The notes: a model not told the origin generated them from the sequence alone. Positions 16,451 through 27,146 are shown, counted from the first letter of the stretch. The stretch: 64,000 bases of DNA from Candidatus Eiseniibacteriota bacterium (GCA_044223005.1 JBGAML010000018.1:1-64000); one strand, 5' to 3'. Program-made: numbers and translations.

Positions 16451-19090
16451 ATGCGCCCCCTCTCCATCCTCCTGGCGTCGCTGCTGGCGTGTTCGCCCGC
16501 CGCCGCCGCCGAACTGCTGCCTCCCGTGCGCGCCGTGCGCGTGAACGAGCCGATCGTCGTCGATGGCCGGCTCGACGAATCGATCTGGGCCCAGGCGCCG
16601 GTCGAGAGCGCGCTCGTGCAGTCCGACCCGCGGCAGGGCGACGCTCCGGCGCAGCGCACCGAGGTGCGGATCGTGTTCGACGACGACGCGATCTACGTGG
16701 CGGCGCGCCTGCACGACACGCGGGCCGATTCGATCGTGGCCCGTCTCTCGCGGCGCGACAACGAGAGCGGCTCGGACCATTTCGCCGTGGGCTTCGACAC
16801 CTTCCGCGACCGGCGCACCGGCTACTACTTCGCCGTGTCTGCGGCCGGCACCCAGTACGACGGCACGTACATGAACGACGACTGGGACGACGACTCGTGG
16901 GACGGCGTCTGGGACGCGAAGGTCCGGCGTGAGGCCGACGGCTGGACCGCCGAGATGCGCATCCCGTTCTCGCAGATGCGCGGGCAGGGGGGCGACCGGC
17001 GCGTGTGGGGCGTCAACTTCGAGCGCTTCATCTCGCGCCGCAACGAGACGGACAAGCTCGCGTTCACACCGCGCGGCCAAAGTGGTTTCGTGTCGCGCTT
17101 CCCCGACCTGGTCGGGCTCGACGGGATCCGGGCGACGCATCGCATCGAGGTGACGCCGTACACGACCGGCAAGGCCGAGTACCTCGTGCACCGGCCCGGG
17201 GATCCGTTCCACGACGGTTCGCGCTACACGCCCGCGATCGGCGGTGACCTGCGGACGAGCCTGGGCTCGAAACTCATGCTCAACGCCTCGATCAACCCGG
17301 ACTTCGGCCAGGTCGAGATCGATCCGGCCGTCGTGAACCTCTCCGACGTCGAGACCTACTTCGGCGAAAAGCGGCCCTTCTTCACGGAGGGCACGTCGGT
17401 GTTCAACTGCGGGAACAACGGCGCGTCGGACTACTGGAACTTCAACTGGCCCGACCCGACGTTCTTCTACACGCGTCGCATCGGCCGCGCGCCCGGCGGC
17501 GCGCCGCCCGACAGCACGCGCTACCTCGACGCGCCGCTGGCGACCCGCATCCTGGGCGCCGCCAAGCTCACCGGTCAGCCGCTGCCGCAGTTCAATATCG
17601 GCGTGGTGAGCGCGCTCACGCAGGAGGAGACCGCCGACTACCAGCTCCGCAACGGACGGCGGGGCACGGCGACGATCGAGCCGCTCACGTCGTACACGGT
17701 GCTGCGCGGTATCCGCTCGTTTCACCACGAGCGCCAGGGGCTCGGGCTCATGACCATGGAGACGAAGCGCGCGCTCGACGGCACCGGCCTCGCGGACCAG
17801 TTCAACTCGAACGGCCTCGTGGTCGCGATGGACGGCTGGACGGCCGTGGACCCGAAGAAGGACTGGGTGCTCTCGGGCGAGGCGGCGGTCTCGCGCGTCG
17901 ACGGCACCGCGGCCCGGATGCGCGACCTGCAGACCAGCTCGCAGCACTACTTCCAGCGGCCCGACCGCGGCGATCTCGGTGTCGACCCGAACGCGACCTC
18001 GCTCACCGGCGCGGTCGCGCGGCTCTGGCTCAATCGCCAGACCGGCCCGTGGATGAGCAACTCGGCGTTCGGCGTGATCTCGCCGGGCTTCGACGCCAAC
18101 GACCTCGGCTACAGCTCGCGCGACGACATCGTCAACGGGCACATCGGCCTCGGCTACATGTGGGACAAGCCCACGCGCTTCCGGAAGTACTTCTGGGTGA
18201 TCGGGGCCGTGGCCGAGGGCTGGAACTTCGGCGGCGATCACACGCTCGACCAGCTCTTCCTGAAGGCGCAGCTCGAGCAGATCAATGCGTGGAGCTGGAC
18301 GTCCACGAACGGCTACAGCCGCACGTCGGTGGCCGACCGCTGGACCCGCGGCGGCCCGTCCATGAAGGCGCCCGGCGGTCCGTGGGGCTCGTTCCACTGG
18401 GACACGAACAGCAAGGCGAAGCTCTACTACGCGACCGACCTCGGCTGGAACCGCGACGAGGCCGGCTCGTACGGCTTCAACGCGGCGCCTTCGGTGACGT
18501 TCAAGCCCTCGGGCATGGTGTCGCTCTCGTTCGGGCCCACGGCGGAGTGGAACCACGAGGACGCGCACTACATCCACGCGTCCACGGATCCGCTCGCGAC
18601 CGCGACCTACGGCAGCCGGTACGTGTTCGCCCGGCTCGAGCAGCGCACGGTCGGTGCGGAACTGCGGCTCGACTGTTCGTTGTCGCCGGCGCTCTCGCTG
18701 CAGCTCTTCGCGCAGCCGCTGGTCTCCTCGGGCAGCTACTCGAACTACAAGGAGCTCGCGCGCGCGGGCTCGTACGACTTCCTCGTGTACGGGCGCGACG
18801 GCGGCTCGACGGTCGACCTCGCGAACGACACCGCCGATCCCGACGGCGCGGGGCCGGCGCCGTCGCTCGCGCTCGAGCGGCCGGACTTCACGTACCGCAC
18901 GGTGCGGGGCAACGCAGTGCTGCGCTGGGAGTACGCGGCGGGCTCGGCCTTCTACCTCGTCTGGACGCAGGATCGCACCGGCTTCACGAACGACGGCCGC
19001 TTCCACCTGGGCCCCTCGCTCGGCGATCTCGGCCGCACGCCGGCGAACAACATCGTCATGGTGAAGGTGGCGCACCACTTCGAGCTGTAG
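16451..19090 (+). CDS. Outer-membrane protein with CBM9-like N-terminal domain and DUF5916 barrel
   Basis: Signal peptide, VDGRLDESIW, WTAEMRIPFSQ, NPDFGQVE, EKRPFF, FYTRRIG, NAVLRWEY. Confidence 0.88.
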   Translation: MRPLSILLASLLACSPAAAAELLPPVRAVRVNEPIVVDGRLDESIWAQAPVESALVQSDPRQGDAPAQRTEVRIVFDDDAIYVAARLHDTRADSIVARLSRRDNESGSDHFAVGFDTFRDRRTGYYFAVSAAGTQYDGTYMNDDWDDDSWDGVWDAKVRREADGWTAEMRIPFSQMRGQGGDRRVWGVNFERFISRRNETDKLAFTPRGQSGFVSRFPDLVGLDGIRATHRIEVTPYTTGKAEYLVHRPGDPFHDGSRYTPAIGGDLRTSLGSKLMLNASINPDFGQVEIDPAVVNLSDVETYFGEKRPFFTEGTSVFNCGNNGASDYWNFNWPDPTFFYTRRIGRAPGGAPPDSTRYLDAPLATRILGAAKLTGQPLPQFNIGVVSALTQEETADYQLRNGRRGTATIEPLTSYTVLRGIRSFHHERQGLGLMTMETKRALDGTGLADQFNSNGLVVAMDGWTAVDPKKDWVLSGEAAVSRVDGTAARMRDLQTSSQHYFQRPDRGDLGVDPNATSLTGAVARLWLNRQTGPWMSNSAFGVISPGFDANDLGYSSRDDIVNGHIGLGYMWDKPTRFRKYFWVIGAVAEGWNFGGDHTLDQLFLKAQLEQINAWSWTSTNGYSRTSVADRWTRGGPSMKAPGGPWGSFHWDTNSKAKLYYATDLGWNRDEAGSYGFNAAPSVTFKPSGMVSLSFGPTAEWNHEDAHYIHASTDPLATATYGSRYVFARLEQRTVGAELRLDCSLSPALSLQLFAQPLVSSGSYSNYKELARAGSYDFLVYGRDGGSTVDLANDTADPDGAGPAPSLALERPDFTYRTVRGNAVLRWEYAAGSAFYLVWTQDRTGFTNDGRFHLGPSLGDLGRTPANNIVMVKVAHHFEL

Positions 19091-19219
19091 CCGCCCGCGA
19101 GCCAAGCGGGCTCGCGCGTTCCCACGCGCGGGCCCGCGCGCGTTTCGGCGGGCGGGCCGCCGCGGGAGCCCGCCGCGGCGACGGAGCGTCGGCGTGTGCC
19201 GTGCGCGGGGCCTCGGGCG

Positions 19220-21256
19220 TCAGCGCCCGCGGCCCTGCATCACGTCGAGCATGCCGGGCTCGCGTCCCGCGCCGCGCGCGGTCCCGGATTCCGGCACCGT
19301 GTCGCCCTCGCCGGGCGCGAGGAAGAGGTTCTGCTCGAGCCCGTGCTGGCGGTCGTAGAGATCGCGGTAGCGGCCGTTCAGGGCGTAGAGCTGCGCGTGG
19401 TTGCCGCGTTCGACGATGCGGCCGTCCTCCACCACGAGGATCTGGTCCGCGCGGCGGATCGTGGAGAGCCGGTGCGCGATCACGAACGTGGTGCGCCCCT
19501 GCATCAGGTGCGAGAGGCCCTCCTGGATCAGCGCCTCGCTCTCGGAGTCGAGGCTCGAGGTGGCCTCGTCGAGGATCAGCAGCCGCGGGTCCGCGAGGAT
19601 CGCGCGCGCGATCGAGACGCGCTGGCGCTGGCCGCCGGAGAGCTTCACGCCGCGCTCGCCCACCACCGTGTCGAGTCCCTCGGGAAACCGGTCCGCGAAC
19701 TCGTCCACGCGGGCGATCCGGCAGGCCTCGCGCACCTCCTCCTCGGTCGCGTCGGGGCGCGAGAACGCGACGTTCTCGCGGATCGTGCCGGCGAAGAGGA
19801 ACGTGTCCTGCAGCACGACGCCCAGCTGCGTGCGGAACGAATCGAGCCGCACGGTCGAGAGATCGATGCCGTCCACGACCACCCGCCCGGACTGCGGCAC
19901 GTGGAACGCGGCCAGCAAGCCGATGATGGTCGACTTGCCCGAGCCCGACGAGCCCACCAGCGCCACGACGGAGCCGGGAGCGGCGGTGAACGAGACGTCG
20001 TGGAGCACCGGCTTGTCGGTCTCGTACGCGAAGTCCACGTGCTCGAACGCGATCCGGCCTTCGAGACGCGGCAGCGAGGCGACGCGGTTCGGATCCGCGT
20101 CCTCGGGCCGTTCGTCCAGGACCTCGCGCGTGCGCTCGAGACCCGCCAGCGCCTCGGTGAGCTGCGTCCCGATCGCGACGATCTGGAAGACGGGCGCGAT
20201 CAGGAACCCGAGGAACATGGTGTAGGAGAAGTAGCCGCCGGGCGTGAGCGTGCCCGCCAGGATGTGGCGCGCGCCGACGTACATGATCACCGCGCCGACG
20301 AAGCCGAGCAGCAGCGAGCTCGAGAGCTGCATCACGGACTGCGCGGTCAGCGTCGCCAGCACGTTGTCGAGCAGGCGCTGCACGCCGCCGGCGAACACGC
20401 CCTGCTCGCGCGCTTCGGCGTGGTAGCCCTTCACGGTGCGCACCGCGCCGAGCGATTCGGTCAGGCGGCCCGTGACCTCCGCGGTGATCCTGCCGCGGTC
20501 GCGGAAGATCGGGCGCATCACGGTGAACGCGCGGCTCAGCACGAGCGTGAAGCTGACGAGTACGGCGGCCGTGAGCGCGGTCATGAGCAGGTTGAGTCGC
20601 AGCAGGACGAACAGCGACAGGCCGGCGGTGAGGAGTCCGCCCGTGAACTCCACGAGCCCGGTGCCGATCAGGTTCCGGACCCCCTCGACGTCGCTCATGA
20701 TCCGCGAGACGAGCATGCCGGTCTTGTTGCCGTCGTAGTAGGCCACCGGCAGCCGCGAGATGTGCGACTGCACCTTGCGCCGCATCTCGGCGATGAGGCG
20801 CTGCGCCTCCTTGGAGAGCAGCTGCGTGAGCGCGAACGAACTCGCGCCCTGGATGAGCGTCGCGATCACCACCACGCCGACGAGCGGTGCGAGCAGCTCG
20901 GGATGACTCCCCGAGGACGCGCTGCCGGGCTGCGCGAAGTGGCGCAGCGGGGCCCAGAGGTGGTCGAGCATGTCGGCGCGCGGCGCGGCGCCCGCGGCCG
21001 GTCCGTGGCCGCCGATGCTCACGCCGAGCACGTCGTCGAGCAGGAACTTGCTCGATCCCGGCAGGACGAGCCCGGCCACGCGGTTGACGACCATCAGCCC
21101 GAGCCCGAGCGCGAGCAGGCCGCGCCGCGGCGCGACGAGCTCCCACACCATCGGCCAGACCTGGCGGAGCGAGACGTTCTTGCGTGCTCCCGGTTCGTCC
21201 GGGCGCACGCGGCGAGGGGTGCCGCTGCTCATGCGATCCAGCTTTCGGTAGGCCAT
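19220..21256 (-). CDS. ABC exporter, fused permease/ATPase (MsbA-like)
   Basis: TM domain, Walker A GSSGSGKS, LSGGQRQR, ILDEATS, IAHRLSTI. Start at 21256 or 21232. Confidence 0.95.
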   Translation of the reverse strand: MAYRKLDRMSSGTPRRVRPDEPGARKNVSLRQVWPMVWELVAPRRGLLALGLGLMVVNRVAGLVLPGSSKFLLDDVLGVSIGGHGPAAGAAPRADMLDHLWAPLRHFAQPGSASSGSHPELLAPLVGVVVIATLIQGASSFALTQLLSKEAQRLIAEMRRKVQSHISRLPVAYYDGNKTGMLVSRIMSDVEGVRNLIGTGLVEFTGGLLTAGLSLFVLLRLNLLMTALTAAVLVSFTLVLSRAFTVMRPIFRDRGRITAEVTGRLTESLGAVRTVKGYHAEAREQGVFAGGVQRLLDNVLATLTAQSVMQLSSSLLLGFVGAVIMYVGARHILAGTLTPGGYFSYTMFLGFLIAPVFQIVAIGTQLTEALAGLERTREVLDERPEDADPNRVASLPRLEGRIAFEHVDFAYETDKPVLHDVSFTAAPGSVVALVGSSGSGKSTIIGLLAAFHVPQSGRVVVDGIDLSTVRLDSFRTQLGVVLQDTFLFAGTIRENVAFSRPDATEEEVREACRIARVDEFADRFPEGLDTVVGERGVKLSGGQRQRVSIARAILADPRLLILDEATSSLDSESEALIQEGLSHLMQGRTTFVIAHRLSTIRRADQILVVEDGRIVERGNHAQLYALNGRYRDLYDRQHGLEQNLFLAPGEGDTVPESGTARGAGREPGMLDVMQGRGR

Positions 21257-21456
21257 GTCGGCGGGAGGATAGGGAACCGGGTTGGATGCGGCCAATGCCC
21301 GCGGGGTGCGGGAGCCGGGCGCGCGCGTGGGATGCTCCGGAAGGTGCCCGTCGGGAGGAGAGCCTGGACCGCCGGCGGCGCGGCCGCACGCACGAATCGG
21401 CGAACGGTGGCGATCGGGCGGCGGGCGGTTCCGCGTGGGGACCGCGCGGGCCGCGA

Positions 21457-22764
21457 TCAGGCTGCGGGGAGCTCCACGTGGACCGTGGTGCCCTGCCCCG
21501 GCTCCGACGCGATCGCGATCGTCGCGTTCATCAGCTCGAAGATGCGGTGACAGGCGGTCAGCCCGATGCCGAGCCCGCCCACCGCGCGCGTGCTCGAGCC
21601 GTCGCCCTGCCGGAACGGCTGGAACGCGACCTCGATTTCCCGGGCCGTCATGCCGCGGCCGCGGTCGATGACGTCTACGGTGACGAACTGGCGCTCGCCC
21701 GCGACGCGCCGGCCGATTCGGATCACCACCGCGGTGCCCGGCGCGGAGAACTTGAGGGCGTTCGTGAGCAGCTCGTCGAACGCCCGGCGCAGTTGCCGGG
21801 GCTCGACCATCGCCGCCGGCGCGGCGTCCTCGATCACCAGCTGCACCTCGCGCTTCGCGGCCGCGAGCGCCCGGGCGCGGGTCGCGAGCATGTCGCGGAC
21901 GTTCTCCGAGACGTCGGTGGGCTCGCAGGCCAGCGAGGCCCGCGGGCTCATGAGTTCGGCGTGCGACAGCAGCATGGTCACCATGTCCCGCACCCGCGCG
22001 GCCTGTTTCTCGATCATGCCGAGGAACTCGTCGCCGCGCTCGTCCCACGTTTCCAGGTCGCGCAGGCAGCCGGCGGCGCCCAGGATGACGGCGATGGGAG
22101 TACGGAACTCGTGGTTCAGGTTGGCGAGCATCTCCGAGCGGAGCTGGTCGAGCTCCTTCATGCGCTCGTTCGCCGCCGCGAGCTGAGCGTTGCCCGCGTG
22201 CAGGCGATGCAGGAGCCGCTGGTTCTCGATCGCTGCCGAGACGATGCCGAGCGAGGCTGCCACGAGGTCGCGCTCGAACGCGTCGAGCGGACCATGGGCG
22301 TTCGTGTCGGCGAGTGCGACGTACCCGAGCACGTCGGCGGATGGACCTTCGAGCCGGCCGAGCACGCTGAGCCCGTGCGCCTCCGCCAGGGTCGCGAACT
22401 CCCCGAGCCACGGTGCCGCCGCGAGGCGCACGATCTCGCCCGCCGGCCATGCGGTCGGCAGCGCATCCAGTGCGCCGGCCAGCGCCTGCCGTGCTTCTGC
22501 CGGGACGCCTACGACGGCCGCCACCGTGCAGGGGCCGCCGCCCTCGGGACGCAGCCAGAACGCCGCGCGCGGAATGCCGAAATGCCCGACGAGGTTGTAG
22601 AGGGCGAGCTGCGCCATCTCGTGCTCGTCGAGCTGCAGGTCCAGCGCGCGGCCGAGTTCGGCCAGCGCGAGGAGACTGTGCTCCCGGCGCGCGGCGAGCG
22701 CGTCCGGTGCGGAGGGCACCGGAGCGTCGTCGGGTTCGTCGGGGAATCGGCGTGCGGCGTCCAT
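21457..22764 (-). CDS. Soluble sensor histidine kinase (GAF-like, HisKA, HATPase)
   Basis: NHEFRTP, LLTNALKFS, DRGRGM, GLGIGL. Confidence 0.92.
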   Translation of the reverse strand: MDAARRFPDEPDDAPVPSAPDALAARREHSLLALAELGRALDLQLDEHEMAQLALYNLVGHFGIPRAAFWLRPEGGGPCTVAAVVGVPAEARQALAGALDALPTAWPAGEIVRLAAAPWLGEFATLAEAHGLSVLGRLEGPSADVLGYVALADTNAHGPLDAFERDLVAASLGIVSAAIENQRLLHRLHAGNAQLAAANERMKELDQLRSEMLANLNHEFRTPIAVILGAAGCLRDLETWDERGDEFLGMIEKQAARVRDMVTMLLSHAELMSPRASLACEPTDVSENVRDMLATRARALAAAKREVQLVIEDAAPAAMVEPRQLRRAFDELLTNALKFSAPGTAVVIRIGRRVAGERQFVTVDVIDRGRGMTAREIEVAFQPFRQGDGSSTRAVGGLGIGLTACHRIFELMNATIAIASEPGQGTTVHVELPAA

Positions 22765-22784
22765 GATCGGTTCCGGTCGGCGCG

Positions 22785-23129
22785 TCAGGCAGCGCGCTTC
22801 ACGGCTTCGGCCTCGTTCGGGTAGAGGTTCAGGTGCTCGTCGAGGTTCAGCAGCTTGAGCGTCTTCATCACGACGGAGGGCGGCGACGCGAGCCGGAACT
22901 CGCCGCCCTGCTCGCGCGCGACCTCGCTGTGGGCGAGCAGCGCACCGACGCCGCTCGACGAGACGAACGTCACGTTTTCGAGGTTCACGACCACGATCTC
23001 GCCCGCCGCGGGCGGCGGGCATTCGCGGACGAACCGCGGCGTGCTGCGGGAGTCGAGCCGGCCGGAGAGCCGGACGACCTGCACGCCCGACGCGTCGCGG
23101 TGCGAGGTGAGTTCAAGCGCATCGTGCAT
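22785..23129 (-). CDS. STAS-domain anti-sigma-factor antagonist (RsbV-like)
   Basis: LSGRLDS, FVSSSGVGALL phospho-Ser motif. Confidence 0.92.
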   Translation of the reverse strand: MHDALELTSHRDASGVQVVRLSGRLDSRSTPRFVRECPPPAAGEIVVVNLENVTFVSSSGVGALLAHSEVAREQGGEFRLASPPSVVMKTLKLLNLDEHLNLYPNEAEAVKRAA

Positions 23130-25167
23130 CGGGTGATTCCTCCAGTTCCCTGCGCAGGTGATCGGAATCCACTTCGAGCAGCGTGACGTTGCCGTCGGAG
23201 GTCGCGGGCCGGTAGCGCATCGCGGGCAGCAGCCGGCGGATCATCGCCAGCCCGAGGCCGCGGCCGCGCATGCGCGCGCGGCGATCGCTGAGGTCGGGCG
23301 CCGGGATGCTCGCCGGATCGAACGGGCTCCCGTCCTCGCGGATCACGAGCCAGCCGCGCACGCGCGGCGCGGCGTTCGCCGCGGCCGGCGCCGCGGCGGC
23401 GGGCACCCACCAGAGCTCAGCCGTTCCCGTGCCGTCCAACCGGTAGCCGTGCTCCATGATGTTGGAGCAGTACTCGTAGACGGCGGACTCGAGCCCCTGC
23501 TGGACGTCCGCGGGAAGCGCCGCCATGCCCGGGATCGCGCCGATCCACGGACCGAGCCGCTCGAGTTCGGCGAACGTCGCGACCAGCCGCAGCGGTTCTC
23601 CGCCGACGCGTGCGCGCGCGAGCCATTCGGACGGATCGCGATCGGCGAACGGGACACGTGCCGTGGCCGGGGCGGGATCGCGGCGGACCACGATCGCCGT
23701 CTGGTCGTCGTCCGGAACCGAACCGTGCGTCCACGCCTCGGTGCGCTCGCACAGCCGGGCGACGAACGCTTCCGGCTCGCCTGCGCCGCTCTCCGCGAGC
23801 ACCGCCGTCACGCCGTCCAGCCCCAGCTGCGCGTCGTCGCCGGGGCGCGCGGCTTCGGTGAATCCGTCGGTCAGCTGCAGCAGCAGGTCGCCGGGCGCGA
23901 GCCGGAGCGTCACGTCGCGGAGGTTCTTCGCCAGGATGCGCGGGTGGAGCAGGCCGAGCGGCGTGCCCTTCGACTCGTGCGTCTCGATGCGGCCGTCGGC
24001 CCGGCGCACGACCGTCGGCAGGTGGCCGGCGGACGCGAACGTGAGGTCGCCCGAGAGCGGATCGAGTACGCCGTACCATACCGTGACGAACGCGCCGCGT
24101 TCGAGCACCGGCCGCAGGTAGCGGTCGACCTCGAGCAGCAGCGCGCTCGGCGAGGCTTCGCGCTCGCGCATCACGCGCACGAGCGCCGCCAGCATGAAGG
24201 TGACGAGGCAGCCGGCGAGGCCCTTGCCGGACACGTCGGCGATGACGATCCCGAGCCGGCCGTCGGGCAGCTCGATCGCGTCGAAGTAGTCGCCGCCGAC
24301 CTCGGCGGCCGGGCGCTGGTAGCCCGTCACCGCGTAGGGGCCGCGGCGCACGGTGCCGCCCGGCGGATGCAGCGACGACTGGATGCGCCCGGCGGCCTCG
24401 AGTTCGGCGGCCAGCCGCTCGCGTTCGAGCTGGTGCTTCTGCGCGGCGGAGAGCCGGTTCGCCATGTCGTCGATCGTGTCGGCGAGGACGCCGAGCTCGG
24501 TGCCGTCGCGGAGCGCGAGCCGCGTCTCGAGATCGCCGCCGGCGATGCGCTCGATGCCTTCGTGGACGACGGCGAGCGGGCGCAGCAGGCGCGACATCAG
24601 CGCGAACATCACGGTCGCGCTGACGAGCACGAAGAGCGCGGCGACACCCCAGAGCCGCATGCGCGTCGCGGCGAGGGCGTGCTCGAGCGGCGCCCTCGGC
24701 ATGACCACGATGGCCTCGCCTAGAAGCTGCCCGTTGGCGTGACGGATCGGCATCACCGCGACGAAGTTGGACGCGTCCTCGCGCACCACGGCGCCGCCGT
24801 CCGTCACGACGGAGAGCGGTTCGTGGTGGCCGATGCGACGGCTGTCGGGATCCGCGATCACGCGGCCGTCGCGGTCCAGGACGCGGGCGCTCGCGAGGTC
24901 GTTCCGCCCCCGCATGAGGTCGCGCAGGATCGGCTGCAGCGTGAGCTCGGGAAATCCGTCGAGCATCGCGCTCGCGCTGGCACGCGCGAGCAGCTCGGCT
25001 TCCAGCGCCAGGCGCGAGCGCGACTGCGTGACGAGCAGGTGCCGCGCCTGGCGTTCAGACACGACGGCGCCCGCCAGCATGGCCGCGGCGAGCACCAGCG
25101 CCGACGCGGCCGGCACCAGCAGTCCGAGCCGCATGCGCGCGCGGCGGGGCGAAGCGGTGGCGCTCAT
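23113..25167 (-). CDS. Membrane HAMP-SpoIIE (PP2C) phosphatase fused to an RsbW-like HATPase
   Basis: Two TMs around a periplasmic domain, HAMP, GGDYFD, ADVSGKG, TDGFTEA, DDQT, then EYCSNIMEHG, DGSPFDP, GRGLGL. Confidence 0.92.
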   Translation of the reverse strand: MSATASPRRARMRLGLLVPAASALVLAAAMLAGAVVSERQARHLLVTQSRSRLALEAELLARASASAMLDGFPELTLQPILRDLMRGRNDLASARVLDRDGRVIADPDSRRIGHHEPLSVVTDGGAVVREDASNFVAVMPIRHANGQLLGEAIVVMPRAPLEHALAATRMRLWGVAALFVLVSATVMFALMSRLLRPLAVVHEGIERIAGGDLETRLALRDGTELGVLADTIDDMANRLSAAQKHQLERERLAAELEAAGRIQSSLHPPGGTVRRGPYAVTGYQRPAAEVGGDYFDAIELPDGRLGIVIADVSGKGLAGCLVTFMLAALVRVMREREASPSALLLEVDRYLRPVLERGAFVTVWYGVLDPLSGDLTFASAGHLPTVVRRADGRIETHESKGTPLGLLHPRILAKNLRDVTLRLAPGDLLLQLTDGFTEAARPGDDAQLGLDGVTAVLAESGAGEPEAFVARLCERTEAWTHGSVPDDDQTAIVVRRDPAPATARVPFADRDPSEWLARARVGGEPLRLVATFAELERLGPWIGAIPGMAALPADVQQGLESAVYEYCSNIMEHGYRLDGTGTAELWWVPAAAAPAAANAAPRVRGWLVIREDGSPFDPASIPAPDLSDRRARMRGRGLGLAMIRRLLPAMRYRPATSDGNVTLLEVDSDHLRRELEESPDARCA

Positions 25168-27146
25168 CGCGTCACTCCCAGTTCCGCCGAACGCGACAGG
25201 TGCTCCTGCGCCCGGTCGAGGTAGCTGCGCGTGCGGGCGTCCGACGGATCGAGCTGCAGCGCCCGCTGCCAATAGTCCACGGCGTTCGCGAGCCGACCGC
25301 TCGAGAACGCGTCGAGCCCGCGCGTCAGGTACTCGCGCTTGAGCAGGTCGCGCACTTGAGCGTGCTGCGGGTTCTTGAGGATCGCGAGTTCCCACGAGCG
25401 CACGGCGAGGTCGGCGTTCCCGCCGCGGAAGGCGTCGAGCCCGCTCCGGTAGAGCTGGTCGGCCTCGCGCCGGGCCGCTTCGCCGACGGCGGGGGTGCCC
25501 GCCAGCGGCGTTGCCGCGCTCGCGCGCGCGGGGGCGGGCTTCGCGGCCGCGAGCTGCTGGCGCGCGCGCGCGACTGCCGGGGAGCCCGGCGCCAGCGCCG
25601 CGGCCGCCTCGAGCGCGCGTGCCGCATCGTCGTACATGCCCGCCTGCGTGAGCCGCGCCACCTGCTCGAGCCGGCTGTCCACCTGGCTCGCCGTCACGCG
25701 TTCGAGCCGCAACAGCAGCGGGGCGATCGTGCTGTCGGCGACGCCCGAGGCGCGCAGCGAATCGACGCGAGCACGCGCCGCGACGAGATTGCCCGTCGCG
25801 ATGCCGCGCAGGACGCCGTCCACGAGGCGGCGCTGCTCGGTGCCCCGGCGCGCGCGCCGGTCGCCTTCGTCGCGGCATCGCGCGGCGCCGCGCGTGACGG
25901 CGGTGTCGGCGGGGGCGAACGCCAGCGCCTTCTCGTACTCGACGCGCGCACCGTCCCAGTCTCCCGCGCGCTCGAGGCGGGCGCCACGCGCGGCGAGCAC
26001 GTTCACCATGAGCGCGACGGCCTCCGGACGTCCCGGCGCGAGCGCGTCGAGCACGGACGCCCGCGCCCACGCCTCGTCGACGTCGCCGGCCGCCAGCGCC
26101 TGGCGCGCCTCGGCGAGCAGGGACTGCGTGCGCCGGGCGAGTTCGTCGTCGTACGCGGTCTGCAGGCGCTGCTGGATCTCCTTCTCGCGCGCTGCCGCGG
26201 CAAGTTCGCGCGATTCGGCGACCGAGCGGCCGAACTGCCAGGTCAGGCCGACGCGGTGTTCGTCGCCCAGCGGGTTGCTCCGGAACGCGTAAGCGACTTC
26301 GGCGTCACGCCACTGGACGCCCGTGCCGGCCGCGACGCGTTCGCCGTCCCAGCCCGCGCGCAGCTGCATCAGGCCGCGCCAGCCCCATTCGGCGCCGACG
26401 CGCTCGTGCACGAGCCCGCCGGCGAGCTGCTGGAGGTCGGCCGACAGCGTGAGGCGCGACGCGCCGGTCGCGTGCTGCCACGTGACGCCGCCGGTCCACG
26501 AGGACGGTTCGCCGACGTCGTCGCGGTCGAGCTTCACCGTCGGTTGGATCGCGTTGCCGAACCGCACGCCGAACGCGACGTCGCGCCACGGGCCTTCGGC
26601 GTCGAGGCCGGCGAGCCGCAGCGATGCGCCGACGTCGGCGCCGATCGCGCCGTCCGAGCGGCCCGCGAGCGACTGGCGCCGCAGCTTGAAGGCCGCGCCG
26701 AGGCCGAGCGTCGCGGCGACGTCGTGGGCGTACGCGATGCCGAGTTCGGATTCGCGGTCGTCGAACGTGCCGGTCGCCTCGCCGCGCGCGTCGCGCCCGT
26801 CGATGCCGTCGACGCCGAACTGCCGCCACGACAGCGCGAGCACGCCGAGCCGCCCGTCGGGCACCGCGAGCGCGCCCTGCATCTCGCGCGCACCGATCGC
26901 ATCGGGCGAGCCCTGCACGAACTCCGCGCTCGCGCGCGGCAGCCACGCGAGGCCGCCGGGGTTCCACGTCCAGCTCCACGGGCCCTCGGGCAGCGCCGTC
27001 GTGGCGCCGCCGAGTGCGAGCGAGCGGCTGCCGGCGCCGGTCCCGAACACGCCGGCGGTGCCGCCTTCGTCGTTCGCCGCGCGCACCGGCGCGGCGAACG
27101 CCGCGAGCAGCGCGAGGCCGACGGCGAGGCTCCGGAGGCGGCTCAT
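25164..27146 (-). CDS. PorV-like beta-barrel with C-terminal TPR repeats
   Basis: Signal peptide, GAGSRSLALGG...WNPGGLA (PorV/FadL-like N-terminal motif), beta strands, then a helical TPR region. Confidence 0.8.
   Translation of the reverse strand: MSRLRSLAVGLALLAAFAAPVRAANDEGGTAGVFGTGAGSRSLALGGATTALPEGPWSWTWNPGGLAWLPRASAEFVQGSPDAIGAREMQGALAVPDGRLGVLALSWRQFGVDGIDGRDARGEATGTFDDRESELGIAYAHDVAATLGLGAAFKLRRQSLAGRSDGAIGADVGASLRLAGLDAEGPWRDVAFGVRFGNAIQPTVKLDRDDVGEPSSWTGGVTWQHATGASRLTLSADLQQLAGGLVHERVGAEWGWRGLMQLRAGWDGERVAAGTGVQWRDAEVAYAFRSNPLGDEHRVGLTWQFGRSVAESRELAAAAREKEIQQRLQTAYDDELARRTQSLLAEARQALAAGDVDEAWARASVLDALAPGRPEAVALMVNVLAARGARLERAGDWDGARVEYEKALAFAPADTAVTRGAARCRDEGDRRARRGTEQRRLVDGVLRGIATGNLVAARARVDSLRASGVADSTIAPLLLRLERVTASQVDSRLEQVARLTQAGMYDDAARALEAAAALAPGSPAVARARQQLAAAKPAPARASAATPLAGTPAVGEAARREADQLYRSGLDAFRGGNADLAVRSWELAILKNPQHAQVRDLLKREYLTRGLDAFSSGRLANAVDYWQRALQLDPSDARTRSYLDRAQEHLSRSAELGVTR

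Noticed and set aside
16235..21550. ORFs 16235-19105 (-) and 19196-21550 (+)
   Set aside because: Antisense shadows of the DUF5916 and ABC transporter genes.
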